64,000 bases of DNA, taken from the NCBI RefSeq assembly GCF_009914755.1, contig NC_060946.1, one strand, 5' to 3'. This DNA comes from the human T2T-CHM13v2.0 reference genome, Homo sapiens. A program made the translations under genes and the position numbers. Every line of letters starts with the position of its first letter. Position 1 is the stretch's first letter. Shown here in pieces: positions 34,341 through 61,043 of the stretch. A model generated the notes under the pieces. It saw nothing but the letters and a program-made list of their open reading frames with translations, had not been told where the DNA came from and searched no databases.

Positions 34341-35322
34341 GGATGAGGATGACGCTCCTCTGTGTGAAGACGTGGAGCTACAAGACGGAGATCTGTCCCC
34401 CGAAGAAAAAATATTTTTGAGAGAATTTCCCAGATTGAAAGAAGATCTGAAAGGGAACATTGACAAGCTCCGTGCCCTCGCAGACGATATTGACAAAACC
34501 CACAAGAAATTCACCAAGGCTAACATGGTGGCCACCTCTACTGCTGTCATCTCTGGAGTGATGAGCCTCCTGGGTTTAGCCCTTGCCCCAGCAACAGGAG
34601 GAGGAAGCCTGCTGCTCTCCACCGCTGGTCAAGGTTTGGCAACAGCAGCTGGGGTCACCAGCATCGTGAGTGGTACGTTGGAACGCTCCAAAAATAAAGA
34701 AGCCCAAGCACGGGCGGAAGACATACTGCCCACCTACGACCAAGAGGACAGGGAGGATGAGGAAGAGAAGGCAGACTATGTCACAGCTGCTGGAAAGATT
34801 ATCTATAATCTTAGAAACACCTTGAAGTATGCCAAGAAAAACGTCCGTGCATTTTGGAAACTCAGAGCCAACCCACGCTTGGCCAATGCTACCAAGCGTC
34901 TTCTGACCACTGGCCAAGTCTCCTCCCGGAGCCGCGTGCAGGTGCAAAAGGCCTTTGCGGGAACAACACTGGCGATGACCAAAAATGCTCGCGTGCTGGG
35001 AGGTGTGATGTCCGCCTTCTCCCTTGGCTATGACTTGGCCACTCTCTCAAAGGAATGGAAGCACCTGAAGGAAGGAGCAAGGACAAAGTTTGCGGAAGAG
35101 TTGAGAGCCAAGGCCTTGGAGCTGGAGAGGAAACTCACAGAACTCACCCAGCTCTACAAGAGCTTGCAGCAGAAAGTGAGGTCAAGGGCCAGAGGGGTGG
35201 GGAAGGATTTAACTGGGACCTGCGAAACCGAGGCTTACTGGAAGGAGTTAAGGGAGCATGTGTGGATGTGGCTGTGGCTGTGTGTGTGTCTGTGTGTCTG
35301 TGTGTATGTACAGTTTACATGA
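34341..35322 (+). CDS. APOL6: Apolipoprotein L6, main coding exon (total CDS 50+982 = 1032 nt, 343 aa)
   Basis: Acceptor ttcatttctcctcag|G at 34340/1. ORF 34372..35322 has ApoL hallmarks: FLREFPRLK, BH3-like KLRALADDID, hydrophobic LLGLALAPATGGGSL, AFAGTTLAMTKNAR, KHLKEGARTKFAEELR coiled coil. Confidence 0.97.
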
Positions 35323-35450
35323 ATGTTCCTCAGGACATGGCATACAATGGCCTTGGAGGTCCAAATAATATCAAGTACATCTTGGAGATGAGGGTGCCTG
35401 TCCTGGACAGACCTCGGCATGCCTTCTGTTTCTCCTTCAATGCTCCTTAA

Positions 35451-36247
<797 letters not shown>

Positions 36248-36857
36248 GACAGGTTATGTCACTCGCCAAGTGTCTTAGTCTGTTTGTGCTGCTATAACAA
36301 AATACCTTAGACTGGGTAATTTACAAACAACAGAGATGTATCCAGAGATCCACAGTTCTGGAGGCTGAGAAGTCTAAAATCAAGGCACCAGCAGATTCCA
36401 CATCTCGTGAAGGCTCACTCTCTGCTTCACAGATGGCACTGTCTTGCTGTGTTCTCACATGGCAGAAGGGGCAAACAAGCCCCCCTGGGCCTCTTTTATA
36501 AAGGCACTAACTCTATGCCTAAAGGCAGGGCCCTCATGACTCTATCACCTACCAAAAGGCTCCACTTCTTTATACTATTGGAGGGGTAGAAGGAACTTCC
36601 TTTCTAGACCTTGAAGGTTTAAGAATTTGAATCTATAAAACAAGCTGACAATAGACAGATTAACAGGAGAAAAAGCATATACATTTTTTAATGTGGGCCA
36701 GATGGCAGAAGCTTAAATAACACCCCAAGCTACAGGAAGTGAGGCCTCTGATGGGGAGGTAGTGACACAGGCTGTGGGAGGGGGTAGGGGGAGGAAGTCT
36801 GTGGTGAGCAAAGTTTGCCTTATTACACTGATAAAGTGTAATTACACTAATAAAGCT

Positions 36858-37688
<831 letters not shown>

Positions 37689-38051
37689 TAGTTGAAAGAA
37701 TAAGCAAAAAGTCTATCTAGGTGTGCTGTCTTGAGCAACTTTTAATTATTCTCCCGTCCTGCAATATGAGTTAATCTTCTCTGATCGATGTAGATTCCAG
37801 GAAGGGGTGTCCAGGACAATTACCTTCCTTCTGGAGAAACTTCCCTTAATCAAATAAGAGAACTTCAAAGAAAATCCCTCCCTGTGCTTTGGAAGGGAAG
37901 GGAGGTGGGCAGCAGTGGGTCAGAGATAGACCTTTGTTCTCTTATTTCTGAGGCCCTTCAGTCTCCTTTATTCAAAGCACTCAGCATGCCAAAGCACCCT
38001 ATTTTAGGGTATCTTTTTCTGAGCCCTAAACACTGTGTTGGGGATGTCAAC

Positions 38052-43110
<5,059 letters not shown>

Positions 43111-43531
43111 GAGATGCCATCACTGGGCAAGTGTTCTGAAAACATCTTATCTGAATAACAGCAGTCCTGGAGAACATCTAGGGATCTAGCAAAGCGAGAG
43201 ATACATGAAGGACATAAAAACGTTTTTAGAAAGTCCTTGGAAACAGTTCTCATTTCAGACATGTAAGCATGAGCTAGGATGAAAAGTGATTTCATCCTGG
43301 TATCTGCAATTTTCACATTCATTAGGTTTCAACATATAAACTTTCAGGGGACACAGACATTCAGACTATAGCACCAAGCTGTAGAAGCTACATAGTTGTA
43401 GACCAGGGTCAGCAACCCAAGAAGCCTGACTTCCAAGCTGTGCTTTTAACTTCCCCACCATGTTGCACCTAAAGCTTTGGAGTTTTCCTGTGATTAGTGT
43501 TTTTGGTGTTGTTTTATTTTTTTTCTTACAG

Positions 43532-43621
43532 GAACTCTTGCAAGAAGAAAGGACTATGAGTTCAACTTTAGAGGGAGCCATGGGGACTAAACAAAATTCT
43601 GAGGCCCCCTCAACCATCTAA
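43532..43621 (+). pseudogene. Putative relic or alternative terminal coding exon of APOL6 (ELLQEERTMSSTLEGAMGTKQNSEAPSTI*)
   Basis: Very strong acceptor gttttattttttttcttacag|GAA, phase-compatible with donor AAA|GTGAGG at 35175/6; sits in a non-repeat island; last 10 codons run into the MER4 LTR. Confidence 0.6.
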
Positions 43622-44160
43622 ATGGACTTCCTTCTGGGCCAGGACACTCGAAAATTAAACCTGAAAGACTGGTTCAGGCCATGATGGGAAGTGGGAGTCG
43701 AACATGCCTCATCATACCCTCCAGCATTAACATCAACACAGACCTTAAGGCTGATAAGAAGCATTTACAATCTATTCTCTCTGAAGTCTTCTACCTGGAG
43801 GCTTCATCTGCATGATAAAACTTTGGTCTCCACAACCTCTTACAACCCAGGCATTCCTTTCTATCGATAATTACTCTTTCAACCAATTGCCAATCAGAAA
43901 ATTGTTATATCTACCTATAATCTAGAAGCCCCCACATCAAGTTGTTTTGCCTTTCTGGACAGGACCAATGTATATCTTAAATGTATTTGATTGATCTCTC
44001 ATGTCTCCCTAAAATGTATAAAACCACGCTGTTCCCCGACCACCTGGAGCACATGTTCTCAGGGTCTCCTGAGGGCTGTGTCACAGGCCATGTTCACTTA
44101 CATTTGGCTCAGAATAAATCTCTTCAAATATTTTACAGAGTTTAACTCTTTTTGTCAACA
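43589..44160 (+). mobile_element. MER4B-type solo LTR, 5' terminus clipped
   Basis: aaaattctgaggccccctcaaccatc...cctgaaagactggttcaggccatga...tttgtcaaca; lacks the TG start. Confidence 0.8.
44113..44118 (+). terminator. Candidate distal poly(A) signal of APOL6, supplied by a MER4-type LTR
   Basis: AATAAA at the LTR R-region position, with U-rich sequence downstream (ctcttttttgtc). Other sense LTR AATAAA signals at 36167 and 38418. Confidence 0.6.
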
Positions 44161-44425
44161 CAAAGGTGGGCTTTTAACTACCCCAGGGGCCTCTGAATGG
44201 GGTTACAGGGGACCAGGGCAGGGCTGGCAAGGCTGGCAGAGGAGAAACCCAGAGACTTACCAAATGGGAGGTCCAAGTAGGTCCCTTAGACTTGGGAGGG
44301 ACAAGTCTACCTAAGAGGGCACTAGCAGCCCTCACTAGTGAGTGTTGTAATGGTCCTCCTGCCCCCCATCTCCATCCTCATTCCTTCGCTGTAACTCAGT
44401 CTCTCTGCTGTTTCAGTTCCCCGTT

Positions 44426-50023
<5,598 letters not shown>

Positions 50024-50988
50024 CGTTCACTCACCTGCATGCACAGTCAGTCCTCAGTAGGCCTGTATTGTTTTATGCCAGCTTCTATAGTAAGAGCCAA
50101 TGATAAGACAGGAGGATTCCTGGGAGAAATGTATTTTGTGTTCTCTCTTCCATATCAACTCACCCTCTTGTTGCCTCTCTGTGTTCTCTTCCTCTCCAAC
50201 CCTGGCAGTCATCCTGGGTGGGATCCTGGGTCTCCACAAAAAAGGATGTCACTGGAACCTGCTCAACCACATTCCAGTGGGAAGGAGAGAGCCCTTCTGC
50301 ATGCCCCCAAGACTCAAATCCTTGAAGCTCCTTCAGGACTTCAGAACATGTAGGAGTTCTCCTGGCTGCCCAGCTCACCTATCTTAAAAATATATATTTT
50401 TTAATTTTATCTGATTTAGCTGCTATTTTGAAAGTAGTGCATAGACATTAAATACATTTTTTTTGAATTCAGGAAACTAAAACATAGGAAGAAATAATGC
50501 ACTAATTAAAAGTGACAACTGTTGGTATTTTGGCATAGAAATTCCTTCCTGTGCTTTTCTTGCTTTGGGGGCTGAAATGCTGGCTTTAAGTCATTAGACT
50601 ACCTGCTGGGGACCCTTTCTCAAGGCTGCATTACAAAATATGCATTATAACATATGTTTCTGCAACCCACTGAGTTTTCTTTCTAATTTCCAATTTTCTC
50701 ATTTGCCTACAGATCTGTAACTTTTTGTCTTGCTGTTCTTACTGTAGTTGAAGAAATAGGCAAAAAGTCTATCTAGGTTGGTGTCTTGAGTGGCTTTTCA
50801 TTGTTCTCCTCTCCTGCAATATGAGTTAATCTTCTCTAGTTGAGGTAGATTCCAGGGAGGGTGGTCCAAGACAATTGCATTCCTTCTGGACAGAATTTCC
50901 CTTAATTAAACAAGAAAACTTCAAAGAAAGCCCTTCTCTCTGCTTTGGAAGGGAAGGGGGCAGTGGCAGAAAGTCAGAGAGAGACCTT

Positions 50989-52433
<1,445 letters not shown>

Positions 52434-52489
52434 GAGGCCTCTGCAGTATTTTCTACAGTTCAATGCTTTAGTTTACCACAGGTGTTTTT

Positions 52490-53077
52490 TTCCTTTTTTT
52501 TTTTTTTGAGACAGAGCCTTGCTCTGTCACCCAGGCTGGAGCGCAGTGCCAAAATCTTGGCTCACTGCAACATCCACCTCCCAGATTCAAGTGATCTCCT
52601 GTCTCAGCCTCCCGAGTAGCTGCGATTACAGACACCCCCCACCATGCCTGGCTAATTTTTGTATTTTTAGTAGAGATGGGGTTTCACCATGTTGGCCAGG
52701 CTGGTCTTGAACTCCTGACCACAAGTGATCCACCTGCCTTGGCCTCCCAAAGTGATGGGATTACAGGTGTGAGCCACTGCACCTGGCTGAGCCCTCCTGT
52801 TTTGTTCTTTTTCAATATTGTAATGGCTATTCAGAGTCCCTTAAGAGTCCATATAAATTCTAGGATGAATTTTTCTACTTCTGCGAAAAATGTTGTTGGG
52901 ATTTTGTTAGAGCTTACAATGAATCTGTTGATCTCTTTGGGTAGTATTAACATCTAAACAATATTGTCTTCCAATCCATGAACACAGTATGTCTTTCCAT
53001 TTATTGATGTCTTCTTTAGTTTCTTTCAGCAACATTTTGTAGTTTTCAGGATACAAGTCTTTCACCTCCTCGGTTAA
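52490..53077 (-). mobile_element. Alu (52490-52790) followed by an old L1M fragment
   Basis: Antisense Alu; ccatataaattctaggatgaatttttc L1 ORF2-region sequence. Confidence 0.8.
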
Positions 53078-54364
53078 GAGGCACTAACAATTTAAAGCTG
53101 GTTCTTGTCCACAGTAGTTCCCTACAGCAAATGTGAAACACAACTCATGTTGCAGTTTAAAGGTACCGAGTACAGCCCTGGCTGAGAAACTCTGTAAAAG
53201 GAGAAAAAAAAACTTCCCCAGCCCCAGCAACCAATACCTAAAAGATTTGTAAGCAGAAATTTTCATTCCTGTAATTTATTCATTCTCTCAGCTGCACCTG
53301 TTTGTTAAGGCCACAGGGGCTGTCATCAACTAAGAGCTATTCCGGTAAAGCAAACAAACAAACAAACAAAAAAACCCTGGCTCTATTTTCAGCAGCTACC
53401 CAGCTCTGTGGGTGCCAAGTCCATGACCCCGCATGACTTTTGTAACCCAAAGCCAAAGGCCGGAATTTAGGCTCAGGCAACACAATCTCTGGGTGTTATT
53501 TTGCCCCTTAAATTGCACTCTTTGTACAACGTTTCTGGCCCCATGCAATAACCCAGAAATAGACACAAGAATTAGGCAGATGGAGATAGAAATAGCGCCT
53601 TAATTACTGATGAAGCTGTTAGAGAATGAGGTTCCTTCTCTCCGAGCCATGTGGGCTTATGAATATTTCACCCCACCACTGGACAGATTATCCATCCCTG
53701 GAGCAGGAACCCTGGACAACTGTGTGCCTCTCCAACAGGGCTTGTCTCTCTGACACCTGCAGCTTGAAGGAGCAGAACTAAATACGTGCTCTCCTGTATG
53801 TAGGTAGATCCTAAGGAAAGTTGAGAAGAAAGGGCTAAGCTAGGCATGACTCCACTCCTTCAAAGATTAACAGATACATTTCACCCCCTCCCTGCAGGAG
53901 GCTGGGAGCTTTGCTCCCATAAAAGTTCCAGCACATAGAAACAAGAAAAAGCAAAATAAGTGTTTCCTCCTATATAAAGCAATTTAAAAGCTTAATTTAC
54001 ACCCATACATTTGCTCCTTACAAGCAAAGAATAAATTTCTTTCAAATGCTTCGGGATCATTTGTAAAAATATATCAAGCACTAATCTACAAAGAAAATCC
54101 CAATAAGATTTTTTTAAAGTAATTATAGAAGCTGCCTTCTATGACCATACTGCAATAGAGCTGTAACTTAACAATATAAGGATGATCAATTTTTTGCTCA
54201 TTTTCTATTTTAAATTAGGTTTTAAAATATGAAGTGTGCAGTTTAATTAATGTTTACTTACTTATCCACCACATAACTACCACTTGATGAAGATACGGAA
54301 TGTTTCCAGCACTCCAGACAGCTCCCTTTTATTCCCATCCGGTCCATATTCACTGTATATGCTT

Positions 54365-55025
54365 TCTATGGATGCTGCAATAAATTACCACAAATGTAGT
54401 GGCTTAAAACAATACACACTTATTGTCTCACAGTTCTGTAGGTGAGAAGTCTAGGTAAAGCTCAACTGGGTTCCCAATCTTATCTTGGCCTTTTTTTTTT
54501 TTTTTTTTTTGAGATGGGGTTCTCGCCACATTACCCAGGCTGGTCTCGAACTCCTGGGCTCAAGCAATCCCTCTGTCTTGGCCTCCCAAAGTGGTGGGAT
54601 CACAGGAATGAGCCACCATGCCCAACCTTGTCTTAGCATCCAACTACCAAAGTCAAGGTGTTGGATGGCCTGGGCTATTGTCTGGATACTCCAGGGGAGA
54701 AACTGCTTCTAGGTGTCTTCATGTCATTGGTAGAACTGACTACTTCTCATGATTTCCAGAACAATGACTCAAGTCCTTGTCACACTTTGAGACTTCTGAC
54801 TTCCTCTTCTGCCGCATCTCTCTACCTCCAGCCAGGGAATGTTCTCTGCTTCTAAGGGCCCGTATGATTAGATTAGTCCCATCCAGATAATCTCTGTCTT
54901 TTAATGTCAACTCATTAGTAACTTTAATTACATCTGCAATGTCCCTCTTGCCAGGTAACATAGCATATTTATAGTTTCTAGGGATTAAGATGGGACATTC
55001 TGGGAAACTGTTATTCTGCCTGCGA
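54365..55025 (-). mobile_element. MLT1C/D-like LTR with an Alu monomer insert (54490-54628)
   Basis: aaattaccacaaatgtagtggcttaaaacaa ... taactttaattacatctgcaa. Confidence 0.7.
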
Positions 55026-55282
55026 TATCCACTCTTCTGATTTGTCACCATTGATTAGTTTTCCTTGTCCTTGACATTCATATACATAAAATCATACAGT
55101 ACTCTTTTGTACTCAGAGATATATCTGTGAAATTCATCTGTGTGGTTATGTGTAGCTTTAGTTAATTATTTTTTACTGCAGTGAAATTCCGTTATATACC
55201 AAAATGCATTCTTCATTCTAATGATGAACATGCTTGAGGCTATTATAAATAAAGCTGTTATGTATATCCCTGTTAATGTGTG

Positions 55283-55640
55283 TGATATGGTTTGGCTCTG
55301 TGTCCCCACCCAAATCTCACCTTGAACTGTAATAATCCCCAATGTCGTGGGAGGGACCTGGTGGGAGGTAATTGACTCATAGGGGCAGTTTCCCCCATAC
55401 CGTTCTTGTAGTAGTGAGTAAGTCTCACAAGATCTGATGGCTTTATAAATGGGAATTCCCCTGCACATGCTCTCTTGCCTGCTGCCATGTAAGAAGCCCC
55501 TTTGCTCTTTCTTCATCTTCCACCGTGATTGTGAGGCCTCCCCAGCCATGTGGAACTGCGAGTCCATTAAACCTCTTTCCTTTATAAATTACCTAGTCTC
55601 AGGTATGTCTTTATTAGCAGCATTAAAACAGATGAATACA
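55283..55640 (+). mobile_element. THE1 solo LTR inside an old L1
   Basis: tgatatggtttggctctgtgtccccacccaaatctcacc ... gaataca; near-TSD gtgtg/gtatg. Confidence 0.9.
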
Positions 55641-55909
55641 GTATGTTTTGGTAGTTTTATACACTCACTTCTCTTGCACATATAGCAAGTAGTAGAATTA
55701 CAGTTTGTAGAGTGTACATATTTTAGCTTTAATAAACACATCTGAAGTGATTGTATCTATTTTCATTCCCACCAGTAATGGTTAGAGTTCCAGTTGTTCC
55801 ACATCCTCACCATCATTTGTATCGTCCCTAAAAAATTTTAGCCAGTTTGCTGAGCATGTAGTGATATCTTTGTGATTGTGATTTTAATGTATATTTCTTT
55901 GATGACATA

Positions 55910-56209
55910 TGTTTGTTTGTTTGTTTTTGAGACGGAGTTTAGCTCTTGTCATCAAGGTTGGAGTGCAGTGGCACAATATCAGCTCGCTGCAACTTCCGCC
56001 TCCTGGGTTCAAGGATTCTCCTGCCTCAGCCTCCCTAGTAGCTGGGACTACAGGTGCATGCCACCACGCCTGGCTAGTTTTTTGTATTTTTAGTAGAGAT
56101 GGGTTTTCACTGTGTTAGCCAGGATGGTTTCGATATCCTGACCTCGTGATCCGTCTACCTCAGCCTCCCAAAGTGCTGGGATTACAGGCGTGAGCCACAG
56201 TGCCCGGCC
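55910..56209 (-). mobile_element. Alu (Sc-like)
   Basis: TSD tctttgatgacatatg. Confidence 0.92.
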
Positions 56210-57191
56210 TCTTTGATGACATATGATACTGGTATCCATGTGCTTATTGGCCCCTTTAATCTCTTTTTTTGTGAGATGCCTGTCCAAGCCTTTTGCCCAT
56301 TTTTATTCTGTTATTTTTCTTATTGATTGAAGAATTTATTTTTTTTTACATTGAAGTCTTTTGTCAGATATATTTATCATAAATATCTTCTCTCAGGCTG
56401 TGGCTTGAGGCACTAACAATTTCAAGGTGGTCCCTAAACTGATAGTGTCTTACTGATATATACCCTCTTACTGGTATATGTATTTTTAAATTTTTGGTAC
56501 AATATATATAATATGAAATTTACCATTTTAACCATTACAAAGTGTACAGTTCAGTGGCATTAAGTACATTCACATCATTGTGCAACCATCCCTACCATCT
56601 ATCTCCAGAACTTTTTTCATCTTGCAAAACTGAAACTCTCTACCTATTAAACAATAACGCCTCATTCCCCCTTCCCCTATACACTGGCAATCACCATTCT
56701 ACTTTCTGTTCCTATGAATTTGATTACTCTAAATACCACATATGAGCAAAATTATGCAGTATTTTTTTTTGTGACTGATTTCTCTCTCTCTCTCTCTCTT
56801 TTTTTTTTTTTGAGACAGAGTCTCACCCTGTCGCCCAGGATGGAGTGCAGTGGCATGATCTTGGCTCACTGCAACCTCCGCCTCCTGGGTTCAAGCAATA
56901 CTCCTCAGCCTCCTGAGTAGCTGGGATTACAGGTCCATGCCACCACACCCAGCTGATTTTTGTATTTTTAGTAGAGATGGGGTTTTGCCATGTTGGCCAG
57001 GCTGGTCTCAAACTCCTGACCTCAAGTGATCCACCCGCCTCAGCCTCCCAAAGTATGGGGATTACAGGCGTGACCCACTGCACCTGGCCTGGCTTATTTC
57101 ACTTAGCATAACGTCTTCAAGGGTAATCCATGTTGTACCATGTGTCAGAATGTCCTTTCTTCTCAAGGCTAACTAATATTGGATATATATA

Positions 57192-57276
57192 TTAGGTTGT
57201 TGCCAAGGTCATTGTGGTTTTTGCAATTAAAAGTTAAAAATTAAATGAAAACTGCAATTACTTTTGCACCAATCTT
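57192..57276. mobile_element. MADE1 mariner MITE (diverged)
   Basis: ttaggttgttgccaaggtcattgtggttttt ... aaaactgcaattacttttgcaccaatct inverted termini after TA. Confidence 0.8.
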
Positions 57277-57311
57277 TGTTGTACCACAGTTTGTTTATCT
57301 ATTCATCCATT

Positions 57312-57775
57312 TGATGCAGGGTTTTTGCTCCTTAGTTCAGCTAAATCCAGGTTTTTGTCTCACGACCAAGAAAAATTAGGCATGCAGACACATTGAAGGG
57401 TGAGGAGGGCAGAATTTACTCAGTGAAAGGAAAGCTCTCAGCAAAGAGAGGGGCTCTGCAAGCAGATTTCCATTTCACAAATTGAATACCGGAGCCACTA
57501 GACACAAGCTGAAGAGGTCAGGATCCTCCCCTGCATAAAGTGTGAATTTCTGGTAGCTCCACCCCATTCCCCCAGGGCATGTGGGCCTCCAGTCTGCTGT
57601 GGGTATGCCCAGGCAAGCTCCCTGTGCAAGTTCCCTTATCTGCATAAAGTGTCTGGTGTAAACATCTGGTGATTACATCTGGTGATTTCATCTGGTGTAA
57701 CCTGGGGTGGGTCGGAGTTTCTCCAGGGACCCTTTCCTATCTGCCTCAGCATTTGGCCATCTCCTGCCTCTATCA
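57312..57775 (-). mobile_element. MER61-type ERV1 solo LTR
   Basis: TG...CA termini, perfect 4-bp TSD CATT, p53-like half-sites characteristic of MER61. Confidence 0.8.
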
Positions 57776-58074
57776 CATTTACACTTGGGTTGCTTCCTCC
57801 TTTTAGCTATTGTAAATAGTGTTGCTATAAACACGGGTGTACTCTTACTGGTATATTTTAATGTACAAAATTTCTTAGTGAAGTCCAAGTTATAAATGTT
57901 TTCTTCTATCTATCAGTTCTTTTAATGTTGTGTAGAATATTTGCATATCCCTAGATCGTGAACATATCCTCCTCTGATTTTTTCTGTAAGTTTTATTGTT
58001 TTATTTTAAGCTTTAAATCTGTCATAATCAGCAATTGATTTTTATGTGTGATGTGAGGAGGGAATCAAGATTCA

Positions 58075-58372
<298 letters not shown>

Positions 58373-59148
58373 TTTCACTTTTTTCCCATATGAATATCTA
58401 ATTGATCATCACCATTTGTGGCAAAGACCTTCCTTCTCCTACTGCATTGCAGGGTGCCTTTGTTGTAAATGAGGTGGTGGTACAAACACAAGGTTAAACA
58501 AATAGAACAACAGAACTTATACAGTTTGTTTCTGGATTCTCTGTTTTGTTCCATTGGTCTATTTGTCTGGCCTTGTGCAATACCATACTCTTAATTACTG
58601 TGGATTTACAATGAATCTTTTAGATCTTGTGATGTAAATTTTCCAACTTGTTCTTTATCAAGATTGCTTTTGTTACTCTAGGTCGTTTTTATTTCCATAT
58701 AAATTTTAGAATCAAATCAACTTGTCAATTTCAATAAAAACATCTGCTAGTGTTTTATTGAATCTATAGATCAATTTGAAAATAATTGAATTCTTGACAA
58801 AACTGAATTTTTCAATTCATAGTATCTCTCCAATTATTTAGGTCTTTCACTTATTTTAACAATGCTTTGTAGTTTCAGTGTCATGAAAATTATTTCCTGG
58901 ATATATTCTTAGGTATTTGATGTGTTCTAATATCATAAATTATTTATTTCATTTTATTATTGTTTGTCTCTTAGTATGAAGAAATACAATGCATTTCTGT
59001 ATACTGACCTTGTATCCAGGGAGCCCACTAAATTTATTATAATCTAATGGCTTATCCGTAGATTATTTTAGATTTTCTACATGTACAATTACAGTTGAGC
59101 CTTGAACAACATGGGTTTGAACTGTATGGGTCCCCTTATATGCAGATT

Positions 59149-59800
59149 GGAGAAGGGATGAGAGAGAGCGAGAGAGAGAGAAGGAATGAGAGAGAGAGAA
59201 GTGATGAGAGAGAGAAGGAGAGAAAGAATGAGAGAGAGAGACAGGATGAGAGAGAGAGAGAAGGACAGAAGGAATGAGAGAGACAGGAGAGAAGGAGTGA
59301 GAGAGAGAAGGAATGAGAGAAAGAGAAGGAGAGAAGGAATGGGAGAGAAGGAATGAGAGAAAGAGAAGGAATGAGAGAGAGAGAAGGAGAGAAGGAATGA
59401 CAGAGAGAAAGAGAGAAGGAATGAGAGAGAGAAAGAGAGAAGGAATGAGAGAGAGAAGGACAGAAAGATTGAGGGAGAGAGAAGTAGAGAAGGAATGAGA
59501 GAGAGAATGACAGAAAGATTGAGGGAGAGAGAAGTAGATAAGGAATGAGAGTGAGAAGGAGAGAAGGAATGAGAGAAAGAGAATGAATGAGAGAGAGAAG
59601 GAGAGAAGAAATGAGAGAGAAGGAGAGAAGGAATGACAGAAAGAGAGAGAAGGAACGAGAAAGAGGAGAAAAGGAATGAGAGAGAGAAGGAATGAGAGAC
59701 AGAGAGACGGAGAGAAGGAATGACAGAGAGAAAGAGAGAGAAAGAATGAGAGAGAGGAGAGAAGGAATGACAGGGAGAGAGAAGGAGAGGAGGAGAGAAA
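59149..59800 (+). repeat. (GA)n/GAAGGAATGA-based polypurine repeat
   Basis: Recurrent gagaaggaatga(ga)n units; directly follows a Tigger2-like terminus (59092-59148). Confidence 0.95.
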
Positions 59801-60056
59801 CTGACATGGACTCTGGTGGACATTTGTAAAACATCACAGCCACCCAGCACTTGATCGGTAAACTCACTTTCCCAGCCACCAAGAAGCTGGAATGAAGACA
59901 TAGGTGATCTGCCCTGGGATGGAATTGGAAGCTGACTTGGAGCTGGATGCAGTAACTGATGTGTCCTGATCCCCTTTTGAAAAGAGTATTTTTGTGTGTA
60001 TGTGGGCTAAAAGGGGTTTATAAATATTATTTTCTGTTACTTTGTTTTGTTTATTT

Positions 60057-60058
<2 letters not shown>

Positions 60059-60096
<38 letters not shown>
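60059..60096 (+). repeat. (TG)n microsatellite
   Basis: Perfect run of about 18-19 units. Confidence 0.95.
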
Positions 60097-60100
<4 letters not shown>

Positions 60101-60747
60101 GCTGATGTTGGGTAGTCAAAGGCTTTGTAGACTTTGGTGATTCTTTTTGCCCAGTAAACACTTTTCCTCCATTTGGGGGCGCTCCCTGCTCTATAGCTCT
60201 TGGTGGGACGTGGCAATAGCCTCTGACTACAGAAATCAGATACTCATTCCCAGCCTCTCTTGATGCAGAGATGCAGCCAAACAGATGTACCCATATTAGA
60301 CTTCAAATCATGAGCTCCCTCCAGAATCTATTCTGGGGATAATGGCAGCAGTTACATCCTGTTTCCAGAGCCAACAGCATAAGAGGCTGTAGTCGTGTAT
60401 CCAGCATTGGTCACGTTGGTGACAATGGTGCTGAAGTCAGAGCTGTCTGTGCCTACCAGTGCTTCCCACTAAACCACTTTTCAGTGTGATTTTGGGTGCT
60501 GTTCCTGAGGGTGTTGCTTCTGGACACAGATTGTATATAGGCCATTTTTCCTTCTCTCCTAGAGAGCTTCTGAGATACCTAATATTTGGTAATACATTGC
60601 TTTTCTGATTAAGCTAGTTTGGGTTCACTTTGTTAGCAGCTAGGAATGCTGACTGGTTCAGGAATGAATTAGGTCATAAAATGAAAAGTCCAGCAATGTC
60701 CCTGCTTCAGGTAAGGTTGGTTCTAGGTGCTCAACTATATACTAGGA

Positions 60748-61043
60748 CTTTTTTTTTTTTTTGAGACAGAGTCTCACTCTGTTGCCCAGGCTGGAGTGCA
60801 ATGGTTCAGTCTCAGCTCATTGCAACCTCCACCTCCCAGGTTCAAGTGATTCCTGCCTCAGCCTCCCAAGTAGCTGGGATTACAGGCAAGTGCCACCACA
60901 CCCCACTAATTTTGTACTTTTAGTAGAGATGGGGTTTCACTATATTGGCCAGACAGGCCTTGAACTCCTGACCTCAAGCGATCCGCCCCCACCTTGGCCT
61001 CCCAAAGTGCTAGGATCACAGTCATGAGCCACCGTGCCTGGCC
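60748..61043 (-). mobile_element. Alu inside an old MLT1-like LTR
   Basis: TSD taggact. Confidence 0.9.

Larger units (their letters stand above)
56480..57841 (-). mobile_element. L1MB-type 3' fragment hosting an Alu (56800-57090), MADE1 and MER61
   Basis: gtgtacagttcagtggcattaagtacattcac 3' end; 15-bp TSD ctcttactggtatat (56465-56479 and 57842-57856). Confidence 0.8.

Noticed and set aside
34372-34374. ORF-track start of APOL6 at 34372
   Set aside because: This codon is GTG (Val) inside exon 3; the true start is the ATG at 32152 in exon 2.
59089-59901. 248-270 aa S/L/F-rich ORFs that look like membrane proteins
   Set aside because: Translations of the (CT)n strand of a simple repeat.
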